Virus record (IMG/VR): IMGVR_UViG_3300037127_000005
Coordinates: 1 to 40,929 of that record
Length of the DNA: 40,929 nt
DNA from: a virus
Taxonomy: Duplodnaviria > Caudoviricetes
Strand: one strand, 5' to 3'
In this document: positions 8,167-17,822 of the stretch, piece after piece
Layout: each line of letters starts with the position of its first letter
Position numbering within the stretch: position 1 is the first letter of the stretch
The notes under the pieces: generated by a model
Databases searched by the model: none
What the model saw: the letters and a program-made list of their open reading frames with translations, nothing else
Told to the model about the DNA's origin: nothing
Translations under genes and position numbers: made by a program

Positions 8167-9543
8167 ATGCATTACCTACAGAAACTAAACCCGATGGTTG
8201 CTAATTCAATTGCTACCAACTCTAAATATAGAGGGCGGCAACCGTACAGCTCAATATTGCCAAGTGCCCCAGTAAACTTTGGTGATACCAACCGTAATGA
8301 CTCTGCGGCGTATGGCTATCCCGATGTTATTGACTTCCATGTGCTTTATAACGCCTATCGCCGCGGTGGTTTCTTTAACGCGCTGGTTGACATTATCCCA
8401 GAGCGTTGCTTTAGCGATGACCCGTACATTGTTGATGGAGACGAAGATACACCACAAGACACGCAATTTGAACGCGAAGTAAAAGAGCTGGTTGAGAAGT
8501 TTCAACTTTGGCGCGTGTTTGAGGATGCGTTTAAAAAAGCGGACGTCGGGCAGTACGCAACGATTGTCCCGGTAATATCAGAGCCAACACAAAACAGCTT
8601 AGACAGGCCTTTAAAGCGTGGCAAGCGCATCATTGCTATAAATCCTTGGTATCAACCAGAGTGCGAAGCCAACACCACGTACGACTCTGATTACTTTAGC
8701 GAGAACTACAATAAGCCGCTGAGTTACCGCTTGCAGCCGTCAGAACTTAGCGCAAGACAGACAACCAACGGCGAGACGCACACGCTGCACTATAGTCGAG
8801 TCCATGTAATCACTAACGCCGTTGGTGCCACAATCTATGGCGAGTCAGTTTTGGAGCCAGCTTTTAACGCTCTGTTTGACGCTAACAAAGTGCGCGGTGC
8901 ATCCGGTGAAGGTTATCGCAAGAACGCAATGCAGAAGTATGTTCTAAGCGCTAACAACACAGAAGCAGCAAAAGCCATGCAATCCAGAGGTGAGTCTATT
9001 GACCAGTCTATAGATGACTTTAATGATAATTTCAATAACGCACTCAAGCTCTACGGCGTTGACGTAACAAGCCTGCAAACACAACTGCAAGACCCTAAAA
9101 GTGCATGGGAAATATGCGTAGTCGAAGCATGTGCAAGCCGTGGTGTGTCATTTACTGAGTTAGTTGGCTTTATGACTGGTGAGCGAGCCAGTACGCAAAA
9201 CAGCACCTCATTCACCAAGCGGCTCAAAAAACACCAGAAGAAGTACGGCAACGACATTCACAAGTTTTTGTCACGTCTTGTCGAGCTTGGTTTGTTGTCG
9301 CAACCCAGCAATGGTACGTTTAAAGTGTGCTGGCCAGACCTGAGCGAGCCTAGCACAGCTGAAAAGCTAGAAAGCGCTGGCAAGATGACGTCACAAAACG
9401 AGCAAGCATTCAAAGCTGGCCAAGAAGCACCGTGGACCATGGAAGAAATCAGACAAGCGGGCGGTGCGGAAGCCAAAAAACCTGATACCGAATACGACCC
9501 CAAAGAAGATATGGTGTTAGATGAAGAAAATACGCCAGATTAA
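8167..9543 (+). CDS. Portal protein (DUF1073/HI1409-like)
   Basis: 458 aa with YGYP..., AYRRGG..ALVD, HYSRV, YGESVLEPAFN, L-G--TGERAST and WPDL motifs. Directly precedes the gpF-like gene. Confidence 0.85.
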   Translation: MHYLQKLNPMVANSIATNSKYRGRQPYSSILPSAPVNFGDTNRNDSAAYGYPDVIDFHVLYNAYRRGGFFNALVDIIPERCFSDDPYIVDGDEDTPQDTQFEREVKELVEKFQLWRVFEDAFKKADVGQYATIVPVISEPTQNSLDRPLKRGKRIIAINPWYQPECEANTTYDSDYFSENYNKPLSYRLQPSELSARQTTNGETHTLHYSRVHVITNAVGATIYGESVLEPAFNALFDANKVRGASGEGYRKNAMQKYVLSANNTEAAKAMQSRGESIDQSIDDFNDNFNNALKLYGVDVTSLQTQLQDPKSAWEICVVEACASRGVSFTELVGFMTGERASTQNSTSFTKRLKKHQKKYGNDIHKFLSRLVELGLLSQPSNGTFKVCWPDLSEPSTAEKLESAGKMTSQNEQAFKAGQEAPWTMEEIRQAGGAEAKKPDTEYDPKEDMVLDEENTPD

Positions 9544-10561
9544 AAGCTATCCGGTTATACCAAGAAGCGCCGAAGACCCAGCCAACCAAAAAGGCAATCT
9601 AAAGCGTGCACAGGTAGAACTTAAAAAACGCTTTGAGCGAATCAATAAGGCGATGAAGCAACTTGTTAAAGACCAGGAGCAATACCAGCGTGTTGCATCG
9701 GCTAACAAGATGGCGTTTTGGTGGCCACTGGATAGTAATGGCGAGCGCATCAACGAAGTAGTAGTAAACAAAGCCTACTACAGCTATGATATTTCCACAG
9801 AGCGCTACGACTCGATTAACTCATTTATCGAGCACTTGCTTTACAATGAGTTGTTAGAGTCATTAACTGGCCAGCGCCCTAATAACTGGTTTTATCAATC
9901 GTACCTATCAAGCGCTTATAACGATGCTATACGCGACACTATACAGTCATCTAAAAACATGGCAGAGCCTAGCGTTGTCGGCGATGAAATAGCTATGATG
10001 ATTAGGCAGCTTGACGCAGACGCATTTAACCCACAACAAGTTAACGCTTTGAGTTTAGTGTACTCGCGTGTATTTAATGAAATGAAAGGCCTAACTGACT
10101 CGATGAAAGTGGACTTATCAGAAACGTTAACGCGCGGCATGGCCAGCGGTTTAGGTATTCGTGAAATCACGCAAGACGTTGCAAAGCGTGTCGGCGTTGG
10201 CTTTAGTCGCGCACAACGCATATCGAGAACTGAGATACTTGGCGCATACCGCACAGCACAGCGTGACAAAACGCGCCAGATTAATGAAGATATTTATTCT
10301 GATTCTCCTTTTGTGCAAAAGCAACTCTGGTTTAGTGCATTGGCGATGACAAGCCGCCCGCATCACGTGGCAAAACATGGCCAGATTTATTCTATGCAGG
10401 AAGTTGAGGAGTTTTATTCAGAAAACGGCAATAGTATAAACTGCTTATGTAGTCAATCTCCAATATTAGTTAATCGCAAGACTGGCGAAGCTGTAATGAA
10501 GGACTTGATAAAAAAAATGCGCCAACAAAAAGATGCTTGGCGCGCGGGTGTTGGTAGGTAG
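9521..10561 (+). CDS. Head morphogenesis protein (SPP1 gp7/Mu gpF-like)
   Basis: RAQRISRTE, WFSAL...SRPHHVAKHG and NCLCS motifs. Confidence 0.88.
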   Translation: MKKIRQIKSYPVIPRSAEDPANQKGNLKRAQVELKKRFERINKAMKQLVKDQEQYQRVASANKMAFWWPLDSNGERINEVVVNKAYYSYDISTERYDSINSFIEHLLYNELLESLTGQRPNNWFYQSYLSSAYNDAIRDTIQSSKNMAEPSVVGDEIAMMIRQLDADAFNPQQVNALSLVYSRVFNEMKGLTDSMKVDLSETLTRGMASGLGIREITQDVAKRVGVGFSRAQRISRTEILGAYRTAQRDKTRQINEDIYSDSPFVQKQLWFSALAMTSRPHHVAKHGQIYSMQEVEEFYSENGNSINCLCSQSPILVNRKTGEAVMKDLIKKMRQQKDAWRAGVGR

Positions 10562-10563
10562 GG

Positions 10564-10839
10564 TTAACAGTCTAGCAGCTGATTCGTATTGTTTAGCGAT
10601 GTTGTTGGCTTTACTTGCCCAAGATTCCAGACGCGCCAAACCCAAGATTCGCCAGGTAAATACATTGACCAAATGAAATAGCTGTTTGTTGATTTCTGTA
10701 AAATCACCTCGTCACCATTCACAATATCTTTAACCATTACAGCTATTTTCTGACCTTTATTTTTCTTAGTCTCTATAACAAGCAAATCTCCATTTTTTGG
10801 CTTTTCACTATCCAAAGCGTTTAGTGTTGTTAATTCCAT
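10564..10839 (-). CDS. Hypothetical protein
   Basis: 91-aa ORF with GGAG RBS. Candidate own promoter TTGTTT-17-TATAGT at 10910-10882. Confidence 0.7.
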   Translation of the reverse strand: MELTTLNALDSEKPKNGDLLVIETKKNKGQKIAVMVKDIVNGDEVILQKSTNSYFIWSMYLPGESWVWRVWNLGQVKPTTSLNNTNQLLDC

Positions 10840-10931
10840 CCTGCATTCTCCAATCTCATTAAAAATAACAATTGCAAACTAACTATAATATGCTACATTA
10901 TTAAAAACAACATTAAACGTAAAATATTTTT

Positions 10932-11126
10932 ATGTGCTTACAAACTTTGATCGAAGAAGCAAGAAAGGCAGAAGTTGACGACAACGCAGAAGATGCTTAT
11001 TTTTACCATATACAAATAAGCAACTACTATAAACGCGTTGGCAATGATGCGTTATCAAGGGCGCATAGAAGTAAAGCCAACGTTTACAGAGAAGATGACG
11101 ACCAACCTAGAATGAGGTTTTTATGA
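10932..11126 (+). CDS. Hypothetical protein
   Basis: 64-aa ORF downstream of AAAAATAA-CAA-TTGCAA...TACATT (10861-10899). Confidence 0.6.
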   Translation: MCLQTLIEEARKAEVDDNAEDAYFYHIQISNYYKRVGNDALSRAHRSKANVYREDDDQPRMRFL

Positions 11127-11281
11127 TTGATGCAAATGAGTTAGACAAGCAAGCCAAGCGGCATAAACTAATCAAGCAAGCCGCTGAGCGCATTAAACAG
11201 AAAAAAGCTGCCGAGCGTGTTGATCGCCGCAGAGATTTAGAAGACAAGCTTTATCTTAAACAGATGGGAGTTGAGTTATGA
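11123..11281 (+). CDS. Small basic helical protein, 52 aa
   Basis: MIDANELDKQAKRHKLIKQ...MGVEL; GAGG RBS; ATGA overlaps at both ends. Confidence 0.65.
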   Translation: MIDANELDKQAKRHKLIKQAAERIKQKKAAERVDRRRDLEDKLYLKQMGVEL

Positions 11282-11691
11282 GTAAGTTAGTAGAGCAACT
11301 AATAAAGCACGAAGGCTTAAAGCTCATGCCGTACACTTGCACAGCTGGAAAGTTGACTATTGGTGTTGGTCGCAATATTGAAGATAACGGAATAACTGAA
11401 GATGAAGCAATGTACTTGCTGCACGCTGATATAGCACGCACGATTGATGAGTTGGTTAAATTTGATTGGTATTGCTCACTAGATGAAGTTAGGCGCGGCG
11501 CTATCGTAAACATGTGTTTTAACCTTGGCTTGCCAACACTTCTCAAATTTACCAACATGATTAACGCTATCAAACTTAAAGACTACGGTTTGGCAGCCAA
11601 AGAAATGCTGGATAGCCGATGGGCTAGACAGGTTGGCGATAGAGCTGTTGAGCTGTCAAATCAAATGCGAACTGGAAGTTATAAATTATGA
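11278..11691 (+). CDS. Endolysin, T4-like (GH24) lysozyme
   Basis: HEGLKLMPYTCTAGKLTIGVGRN carries the E-X8-C-X5-T triad. Also NMCFNLG and SRWARQVGDRA motifs. Confidence 0.92.
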   Translation: MSKLVEQLIKHEGLKLMPYTCTAGKLTIGVGRNIEDNGITEDEAMYLLHADIARTIDELVKFDWYCSLDEVRRGAIVNMCFNLGLPTLLKFTNMINAIKLKDYGLAAKEMLDSRWARQVGDRAVELSNQMRTGSYKL

Positions 11692-11873
11692 CAGCCCACA
11701 TAGACAAGCAAACCCAAGAAACTGAGCGCTGTGATTGCGATCCGCATGATGTACACGCATTGCAGAAGAAAGTTAACATAGAAGCACGCAAGAAGCGCAC
11801 GGCGTATTTTTTACTAGCAGTAAGCGTGTGGTTTAATGTTATTGCGTTTATTAGCGATTTGATGAGTAGGTGA
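11688..11873 (+). CDS. Small membrane protein in the lysis cassette
   Basis: Single C-terminal TM segment; ATGA-coupled to the endolysin gene. Confidence 0.6.
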   Translation: MTAHIDKQTQETERCDCDPHDVHALQKKVNIEARKKRTAYFLLAVSVWFNVIAFISDLMSR

Positions 11874-11877
11874 TTTT

Positions 11878-12333
11878 ATGAGTTTACTAGCAAGTGTTGG
11901 CGGGTGGGTTGCTTCGGTTTTCGGAGGCGAAGCTGGGGCAAATACCGCACTAAAAATAGTTGAGAAAATAAGTGGTACGGATTGGACTCCGCAGCAAAAA
12001 GCGGATTTCATGATTAACTATCAAAACGCAACTAAGCACCAAAGTCCGGCCAGGCGATTTATCGCGTTTGCATTCACCATCGGCATGGCATTGTTTGGCT
12101 TTGTTTATTTAATGTCGGGCGTGGTAGCGCAAGCCTATGTATTTATAGCAACATCAGGAGATACATTGGCGCTAGTATCAGCAAGTCAGAATCTAGCTGA
12201 AATACGCATTAAGCCATTGCTCACACTGCAAAATGACTCATACGTATACATGAAAGAAGTTCTATCAAATCCAATGACTTGGATATTAGGGTTTTACTTT
12301 GCTGTAGATATTGGCAGTAAGATTAAGAAATAG
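11878..12333 (+). CDS. Putative holin (3TM/GTA-holin-like)
   Basis: SPARRFIA followed by TM segments and an ILGFYF C-terminal motif; adjacent to the endolysin gene. Confidence 0.65.
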   Translation: MSLLASVGGWVASVFGGEAGANTALKIVEKISGTDWTPQQKADFMINYQNATKHQSPARRFIAFAFTIGMALFGFVYLMSGVVAQAYVFIATSGDTLALVSASQNLAEIRIKPLLTLQNDSYVYMKEVLSNPMTWILGFYFAVDIGSKIKK

Positions 12334-12355
12334 CGCCACGTTTGCGGCGCAGAAG

Positions 12356-12386
12356 AAACCCGCTAATTAAAGCGGGTTTATTATTT
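12356..12386. terminator. Bidirectional terminator between convergent lysis and tail spike genes
   Basis: AAACCCGCT-aattaa-AGCGGGTTT. Confidence 0.75.
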
Positions 12387-12406
12387 GTAAGTTAAAGATG
12401 GTTGAC

Positions 12407-14845
12407 CTATTTCAAAAGCCCGAACTCAAACGGGTATCTTAGTGGATATTTTATATCAACATTTACATAATGATCCCCATTTGAAAACGGCTCCGTGTCA
12501 CTTCCACTGGCTCTCCATCCGTCAGCCGCAAGGTAAAGGAATTGTCTGTTGTACTTCGTCACTAGGTGCTCTTGTATAACACCTCCACTTGCAGAAGTAG
12601 TTGATATATTCCCAACTCTTGGCTCATCACTTTTTTGTAGCACACCTGCGACCCTTATCCTTGCCCCTACAGTAGCGCCAGAAACTGTAAACTTAACAGT
12701 GCCTTGCAAAGAACAAAATTCACCATCACTAGACATTCTAAGGTTCAACTCCTTGTTACTCAAAGCACCATCGGTTGACCATGCTTCTATGAGCGACGCA
12801 TCATCAAGCAAAAACGGCTGTATCACTATAGTAGCTGAGTCATCTACTGAAATATTACCCCCTAGTAATGTATTTTGCTGGCCTAGCGAGTTAAGAGTTA
12901 TGCTGTTACCGACTATCAAACTATGTGATAAATTAGCCGGTGATGTTGATTCAATAAAATTTATTTGGTTTGAGCTTGTGTTTGTTCGTATTCTAAAAGA
13001 GTTACCCTTAGCTCTGATATATTTTAAACCGTCATTTAAAGAAGGTTCTATTCTTATAGGCAATGTTCTGACTGTTCCAGTACAATTGTTTATCTCTAAC
13101 CACTCACTGTTTGGTAAGTCGTCTGGTAAGTTTGAAACCTCTATAAATCTAGACGTAACAGCAGCAATAGAGCCTTGCGTTGCGCCGTTTATAGACGGTT
13201 CAGATTTGCAATTTGCCACTTTTAAACTCATTGTATAATTAAGGGTTATACAGCGAGTCTCGGTATTTATGAATGTTATATTTTCGAGGACGCTAAGCGG
13301 TGACCTGATTTGAACACCTATCAAACCACCGTCACATACACCATTTCTAAACTCAGAGCCTACAGCTGTGCCATGAGTACCTAAACAACTACCAGTGTTA
13401 TCAAGCCCAACTACATAAAAACCATCGACAGACCCAAACTTACTAGGGAAAGATCCGCTGAAATCAACTGCACGCCTGTTACCTTTAGCAGCAAGCCCTC
13501 TTATTTGAGTCCCTAAACTGCCGTTGTCTTGTAATCCATAGCCAGTGGCAGTACCCGTTACATAGTTATCATATAAATAAAGGCCCTGAATGTCAGCCAT
13601 GACACAGGCAGATATGTTACCGCCTGATTGTCCGTTGTCCCTTAAAGTTAGATTTCTTATCTTTGGCCTTACGCATCGACGCAGAGAGAATGAAGATTTT
13701 TCCTCTTTATTTTTACGTTTAAATTCAACATTCTCCATTTCAAAATTAACTGGCGTATATGTAGTCACTTGGACGTTTTCAACTATTGTATATCCGTCTT
13801 TCAGGTTAGCTTCTAGTGTAATGCTGTTGCCTGAAATCTCCGATATCACATTAACTTCACCAGCGTTTAAATTTCTGTCTATGTCATAAGGCCAAACTCT
13901 ATCTGAAACCAGTACAATGACATCACCGACGTTCATACCTGTGGAGTCAAGAACATCAAGCTGCTTTTGACCTAGAAGTGGGTTTGAGTTTAGTGATGTT
14001 GTAGCGCTCGGAGTTTTTGCTCCAAAATCAAATCCCGACTGGACGATGTCAGTAATGAAGACTGCATTTTTAACTTTTATATCAATTTCATTGCTTACAA
14101 GTTGCTCTGTCAAATACTCTAAACCGTCTCCGTCAACCCACTTGCCAAGTTCAGCAGCGTAGCTAAAGCAATCGCTAATAGCTTGGTAGCTGTCAGATTC
14201 TGCTGTTGCGCCGGATACTACTAACCTAACATCACCAATTGGTTTGTAGTTTAGATGTCTACCGCTCGCCATCTGGTGTGAAAATGATACATACCCTAAA
14301 CTATCTGACTCGACAACAAATCTATCACCTCTTATATTGTACCTAGTACCAACTGGCGCATCCTCTGCAATAGCCTCAGCCAGCGTAACAGTGCGAATAT
14401 AAATATCATCATGCGCCCCAACAGCATTTCGGTTAATTAGCGCACCATGGTCATTAACTGAGCGTTGATTGTAAGTTGGAGATGTTGGCACTGTTGATGG
14501 TGGCACGGTAAATGGTAACGCACCGTTGTATGACCAGTACGTTACTGAGTCTGGATTGCCTAACCCGTCATCATAGCGCCCAACCTCGTTAAAGTTGGTA
14601 AACGTAAACCCATCGGTAAAGTCACCAACAACGCGCGGGGCATATTCTGCTATTTTATCAATTGCATCATCGACCTGTACTTGGTAGCCGTTTAAGCTAG
14701 CTTGAAACGATGTATTCCAGCCATCAACTAAGAATTGATAGCTTGGTTTTGTACCGCCTAGTCTAGTAGGAACCGCACCATTATTGTCATTGGCAAACCC
14801 TTTAATGCTTAACGCATCTTGCTCAGCATTTTGAAATATACCCAT
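12407..14845 (-). CDS. Tail spike / receptor-binding protein with parallel beta-helix (putative polysaccharide depolymerase)
   Basis: N-terminal tailspike anchor-like YWSYNGALPFTVP segment, then DSYQAISDCF and pectate-lyase-like repeats. Last gene of the tail module. Confidence 0.82.
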   Translation of the reverse strand: MGIFQNAEQDALSIKGFANDNNGAVPTRLGGTKPSYQFLVDGWNTSFQASLNGYQVQVDDAIDKIAEYAPRVVGDFTDGFTFTNFNEVGRYDDGLGNPDSVTYWSYNGALPFTVPPSTVPTSPTYNQRSVNDHGALINRNAVGAHDDIYIRTVTLAEAIAEDAPVGTRYNIRGDRFVVESDSLGYVSFSHQMASGRHLNYKPIGDVRLVVSGATAESDSYQAISDCFSYAAELGKWVDGDGLEYLTEQLVSNEIDIKVKNAVFITDIVQSGFDFGAKTPSATTSLNSNPLLGQKQLDVLDSTGMNVGDVIVLVSDRVWPYDIDRNLNAGEVNVISEISGNSITLEANLKDGYTIVENVQVTTYTPVNFEMENVEFKRKNKEEKSSFSLRRCVRPKIRNLTLRDNGQSGGNISACVMADIQGLYLYDNYVTGTATGYGLQDNGSLGTQIRGLAAKGNRRAVDFSGSFPSKFGSVDGFYVVGLDNTGSCLGTHGTAVGSEFRNGVCDGGLIGVQIRSPLSVLENITFINTETRCITLNYTMSLKVANCKSEPSINGATQGSIAAVTSRFIEVSNLPDDLPNSEWLEINNCTGTVRTLPIRIEPSLNDGLKYIRAKGNSFRIRTNTSSNQINFIESTSPANLSHSLIVGNSITLNSLGQQNTLLGGNISVDDSATIVIQPFLLDDASLIEAWSTDGALSNKELNLRMSSDGEFCSLQGTVKFTVSGATVGARIRVAGVLQKSDEPRVGNISTTSASGGVIQEHLVTKYNRQFLYLAADGWRASGSDTEPFSNGDHYVNVDIKYPLRYPFEFGLLK

Positions 14846-14872
14846 AATTAAATATCTCGCTATTAAAATTAC

Positions 14873-17419
14873 TTAAATTGTATCATATTCATAGATACGT
14901 TCATCATAGCCAATCATGTTGATTTGCACGTTGTAATCACTACTCTGGCGTTCAATAACTCGGTAGCGCCTATTTATTGAGTCGTTAACCTCAGTGATAT
15001 AGTAGCGACTACCAATCTGTGCGTTATCATCTCCTTCAACATACGACTGGCTTAGGCTTGATGCTGTAAACGTGTTTGATGTTGATGCGGTGACAGCTAC
15101 AGGGCCAATAACATCGCCATTCATGTTTGTGTAAAAAACATGGTAGCTGGTCCCAATTTGCAACTCTAACTCTTCACCAACTGTAGCGGTATTGCCATTT
15201 ACAGCTAATATCTCACCACCCCACGCTTGGCCACCTTCATAAACCTCATTGTAAAGCACCACATCGCCTTTACCTAAAAAGCGTTGACTGTCTAAAAACG
15301 TGTCGCTTAGCGTGTAACGTTGGTAAAGTATTTTGCGTATCTCAAGTTCCGCGCGATTAATTGCGTTAGTCTCGTTTTGGCAGCCGGTTAACGTTTTAGC
15401 TTTTGGGTTTTGCCCGGGCATATTAACGATATTTCCAGAGCCATCGATTGAACGGTACACATATGCTTTTTTGTTTATCTCGCGATCCACATACTCAACT
15501 TGTATACTGTCATATTGCCCGGTTACATAACTCGATCTAGTTAATGTGTATGAGCGCTCATTCTCAGCAGCAATATCAGCCCGACTTAGTAATGCACTGT
15601 TAATCGGTGTTGCCTCATCGCGCCAAAAACGCATCTGCTGGCCGTCCCAGTATCTTTGCACGCGCATCACATCAAGAATAACGTCTAACACATCACCAAC
15701 ACTCTGACTCGTGTCGTCAAATGTGTAATCAAATGTTTTTAAATCCTCTGGCAGTGAATCGCTAATAGTGTATAGCTCATCAAGATTAAGTAGGCTCAAG
15801 TCGTAACCGTAAAAATCACGCCACACAAACATAACAGCATCGGCTGCTATGCGACTTGGTGCGTTATCTAGTACGGTGCCGGTGTTTACATCATAGCTTG
15901 GCATTTCGGCTTGCCCGTCAATAATGTTGATTTTATTATCAACACTACCTGAGCCTGCTGTTTGCTCTGCTGTCATGATGGATTTAAGCATAGTGCCATT
16001 GGTAAAGTCATAATCGCCATAATCAACAATACAGTATGACTTTTCTAGCTTTGTTAAGTCTGGCTGTTGCGTGTCCTCTGTAGAATTGTTAGTACGTTCA
16101 ATTGTCCACTCATACCAACTGACGCCGTTGCTAATGTTTATCTCAAAAGTGCGCAACACCTCTGTCAATGTATCCTCGGTATATGTGACGTTAAATGTCT
16201 CACTAACACCAGTTCTTGACCCGCCTTTTGAATCAAGCTCATAGACTACAATCTGTATTGGTACTGTGTTTTTAAGTCCACGGTCAAAGCGAATGTTAAA
16301 AAACATTTTTGCGCATTGTGTTGGATTTACGAATGGGCCTAGTATTGCCGGTAACAGTTCAGTTGTGTCAAAAGATGATGCCGCCCCTGCACCGTTATAA
16401 TCGTTATTTGGTGATGTTGGCCCGTCAAAATCTTCAACAATAAACTCCCACTGCTCTGGCGATACGCCTGGATCTTCCGGTATTAGAGTTGCTGATGTTA
16501 ATCTGCCTTCGCCCGATGCCGGGGTTCCTGAGCCGCCTGAGTCATAGGTTGTATAATCAACTATAACGTTTAACTCTCCGCCAGCGGCAGTAAGTCTAGC
16601 GGATAAGTCTTGCGCGCCTTGCAGATCTAAAGAGTAGTATGTAAATGTTGAACCCACATAGGTAGCTGGCGTGTTTGGTGGTGTTCCTGAGTTTGATGCT
16701 AGTATCTGGTATATAGGCCCTTCATCACCCTCATTTTGCCCTTTAATAGTTTGTCCTGCCGCTTCTTTTACCTCATTGCCTGTGCGGTAATTTGGTATAG
16801 TTGTTTTTTTAGTAATTGGATCTGGTAAATACCTTGTCGCACCAGCGCCAGCGAATCTACCTATTAACGTGTCACCGGCTTGTATCTGCCCGCCGCTAAA
16901 TGTTGCGTGCGCTGCAAAAAAGTACGATTCGGAGTATTTTATGTTGTCACTATAATACTCTATTGGCTCACCAACTAAATCAGGGTAAATGCGAGGGCTG
17001 CCACACACTAACGGTTTTTGACTGAATGCTCGTATGATGTTGGTTTGACCGCTAAAGTTGTTGTTTGGGCTTTTCTGTTGAGAGTCAATTTCAGGCACAT
17101 CAATTAGCGAGCCAAGCAAGCCACCGGCCAAGTCTAAAACTGGATCGACAACAATACCAATTACACCAGTGACAGCAGAAACGATTGCTCCCTTAACTTC
17201 CGTTGTCACTGTAACTGAATCGCCATTTTTAAGCGGTGCCAGCAACATACTTTCGTTGTTAGCAAAAACCTGGGTGTCGTTAATATGCAGCGTTGCTTTG
17301 GTTAAATCTAATCGCTCAAAACTAGTGCGCAAGGCATCAAAGGCACAAACACCCTCTTTTACTGGTATTACCTGTGGTTTTTTTACGTGTAAATTATCTT
17401 GTATGATTAGCTTAGGCAT
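14873..17419 (-). CDS. Central tail tip / host specificity protein (lambda J-like)
   Basis: 848 aa with SPNNNFSGQTN...GSPRIYPDL and YDSIQVEYVD motifs and a terminal YDERIYEYD. Follows the NlpC/P60 gene. Confidence 0.85.
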   Translation of the reverse strand: MPKLIIQDNLHVKKPQVIPVKEGVCAFDALRTSFERLDLTKATLHINDTQVFANNESMLLAPLKNGDSVTVTTEVKGAIVSAVTGVIGIVVDPVLDLAGGLLGSLIDVPEIDSQQKSPNNNFSGQTNIIRAFSQKPLVCGSPRIYPDLVGEPIEYYSDNIKYSESYFFAAHATFSGGQIQAGDTLIGRFAGAGATRYLPDPITKKTTIPNYRTGNEVKEAAGQTIKGQNEGDEGPIYQILASNSGTPPNTPATYVGSTFTYYSLDLQGAQDLSARLTAAGGELNVIVDYTTYDSGGSGTPASGEGRLTSATLIPEDPGVSPEQWEFIVEDFDGPTSPNNDYNGAGAASSFDTTELLPAILGPFVNPTQCAKMFFNIRFDRGLKNTVPIQIVVYELDSKGGSRTGVSETFNVTYTEDTLTEVLRTFEINISNGVSWYEWTIERTNNSTEDTQQPDLTKLEKSYCIVDYGDYDFTNGTMLKSIMTAEQTAGSGSVDNKINIIDGQAEMPSYDVNTGTVLDNAPSRIAADAVMFVWRDFYGYDLSLLNLDELYTISDSLPEDLKTFDYTFDDTSQSVGDVLDVILDVMRVQRYWDGQQMRFWRDEATPINSALLSRADIAAENERSYTLTRSSYVTGQYDSIQVEYVDREINKKAYVYRSIDGSGNIVNMPGQNPKAKTLTGCQNETNAINRAELEIRKILYQRYTLSDTFLDSQRFLGKGDVVLYNEVYEGGQAWGGEILAVNGNTATVGEELELQIGTSYHVFYTNMNGDVIGPVAVTASTSNTFTASSLSQSYVEGDDNAQIGSRYYITEVNDSINRRYRVIERQSSDYNVQINMIGYDERIYEYDTI

Positions 17420-17822
17420 TTACTACCCCGTGGAACGTTGCGAATTTAAACTGTGTCATTATCGCACTTAATTTATGGATTGAAACTTTACCTGGTTTTT
17501 CTTCGGTGCCAGGGGAGTGCAACACTTGTTGATTGCCAACACAGATACCAACATGCGCCGGTTGATTGGCAAAATCATAAAAAGTAACCATAGCGCCTTG
17601 CTGCCAGCGGCCCACTTGCCTCCATGTTTTATCTATCTCCCTACGCCAAATAGCATCAAACCTGTGGCCTTCTTTATACCCCTTTGCTGTTGGCAAATCA
17701 AAACCAACCACCATTTTGTAATACAGTTTAACTAGGCCGTAGCAGTCGCAAGCGTCAACTGTGTCAGCGCGGTTAACCCATGGCTTATCAAGCATCAAAT
17801 CAATAAATTCTTGCTCTGTCAT
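17412..17822 (-). CDS. Tail assembly NlpC/P60 protein (lambda K-like)
   Basis: DCYGLV and HVGI...VLHS motifs. Confidence 0.9.
   Translation of the reverse strand: MTEQEFIDLMLDKPWVNRADTVDACDCYGLVKLYYKMVVGFDLPTAKGYKEGHRFDAIWRREIDKTWRQVGRWQQGAMVTFYDFANQPAHVGICVGNQQVLHSPGTEEKPGKVSIHKLSAIMTQFKFATFHGVVNA

Noticed and set aside
8167-9543. Anti-CBASS (Acb1-type) nuclease, a label sometimes attached to this portal family
   Set aside because: No paired HxT/S phosphoesterase motifs were seen. Size and position before gpF indicate a plain portal.
12549-13238. 229-aa + strand ORF and other long antisense ORFs (for example 18803-20849, 30243-30730)
   Set aside because: These are shadow frames of well-supported - strand genes, with no RBS or recognisable motifs.
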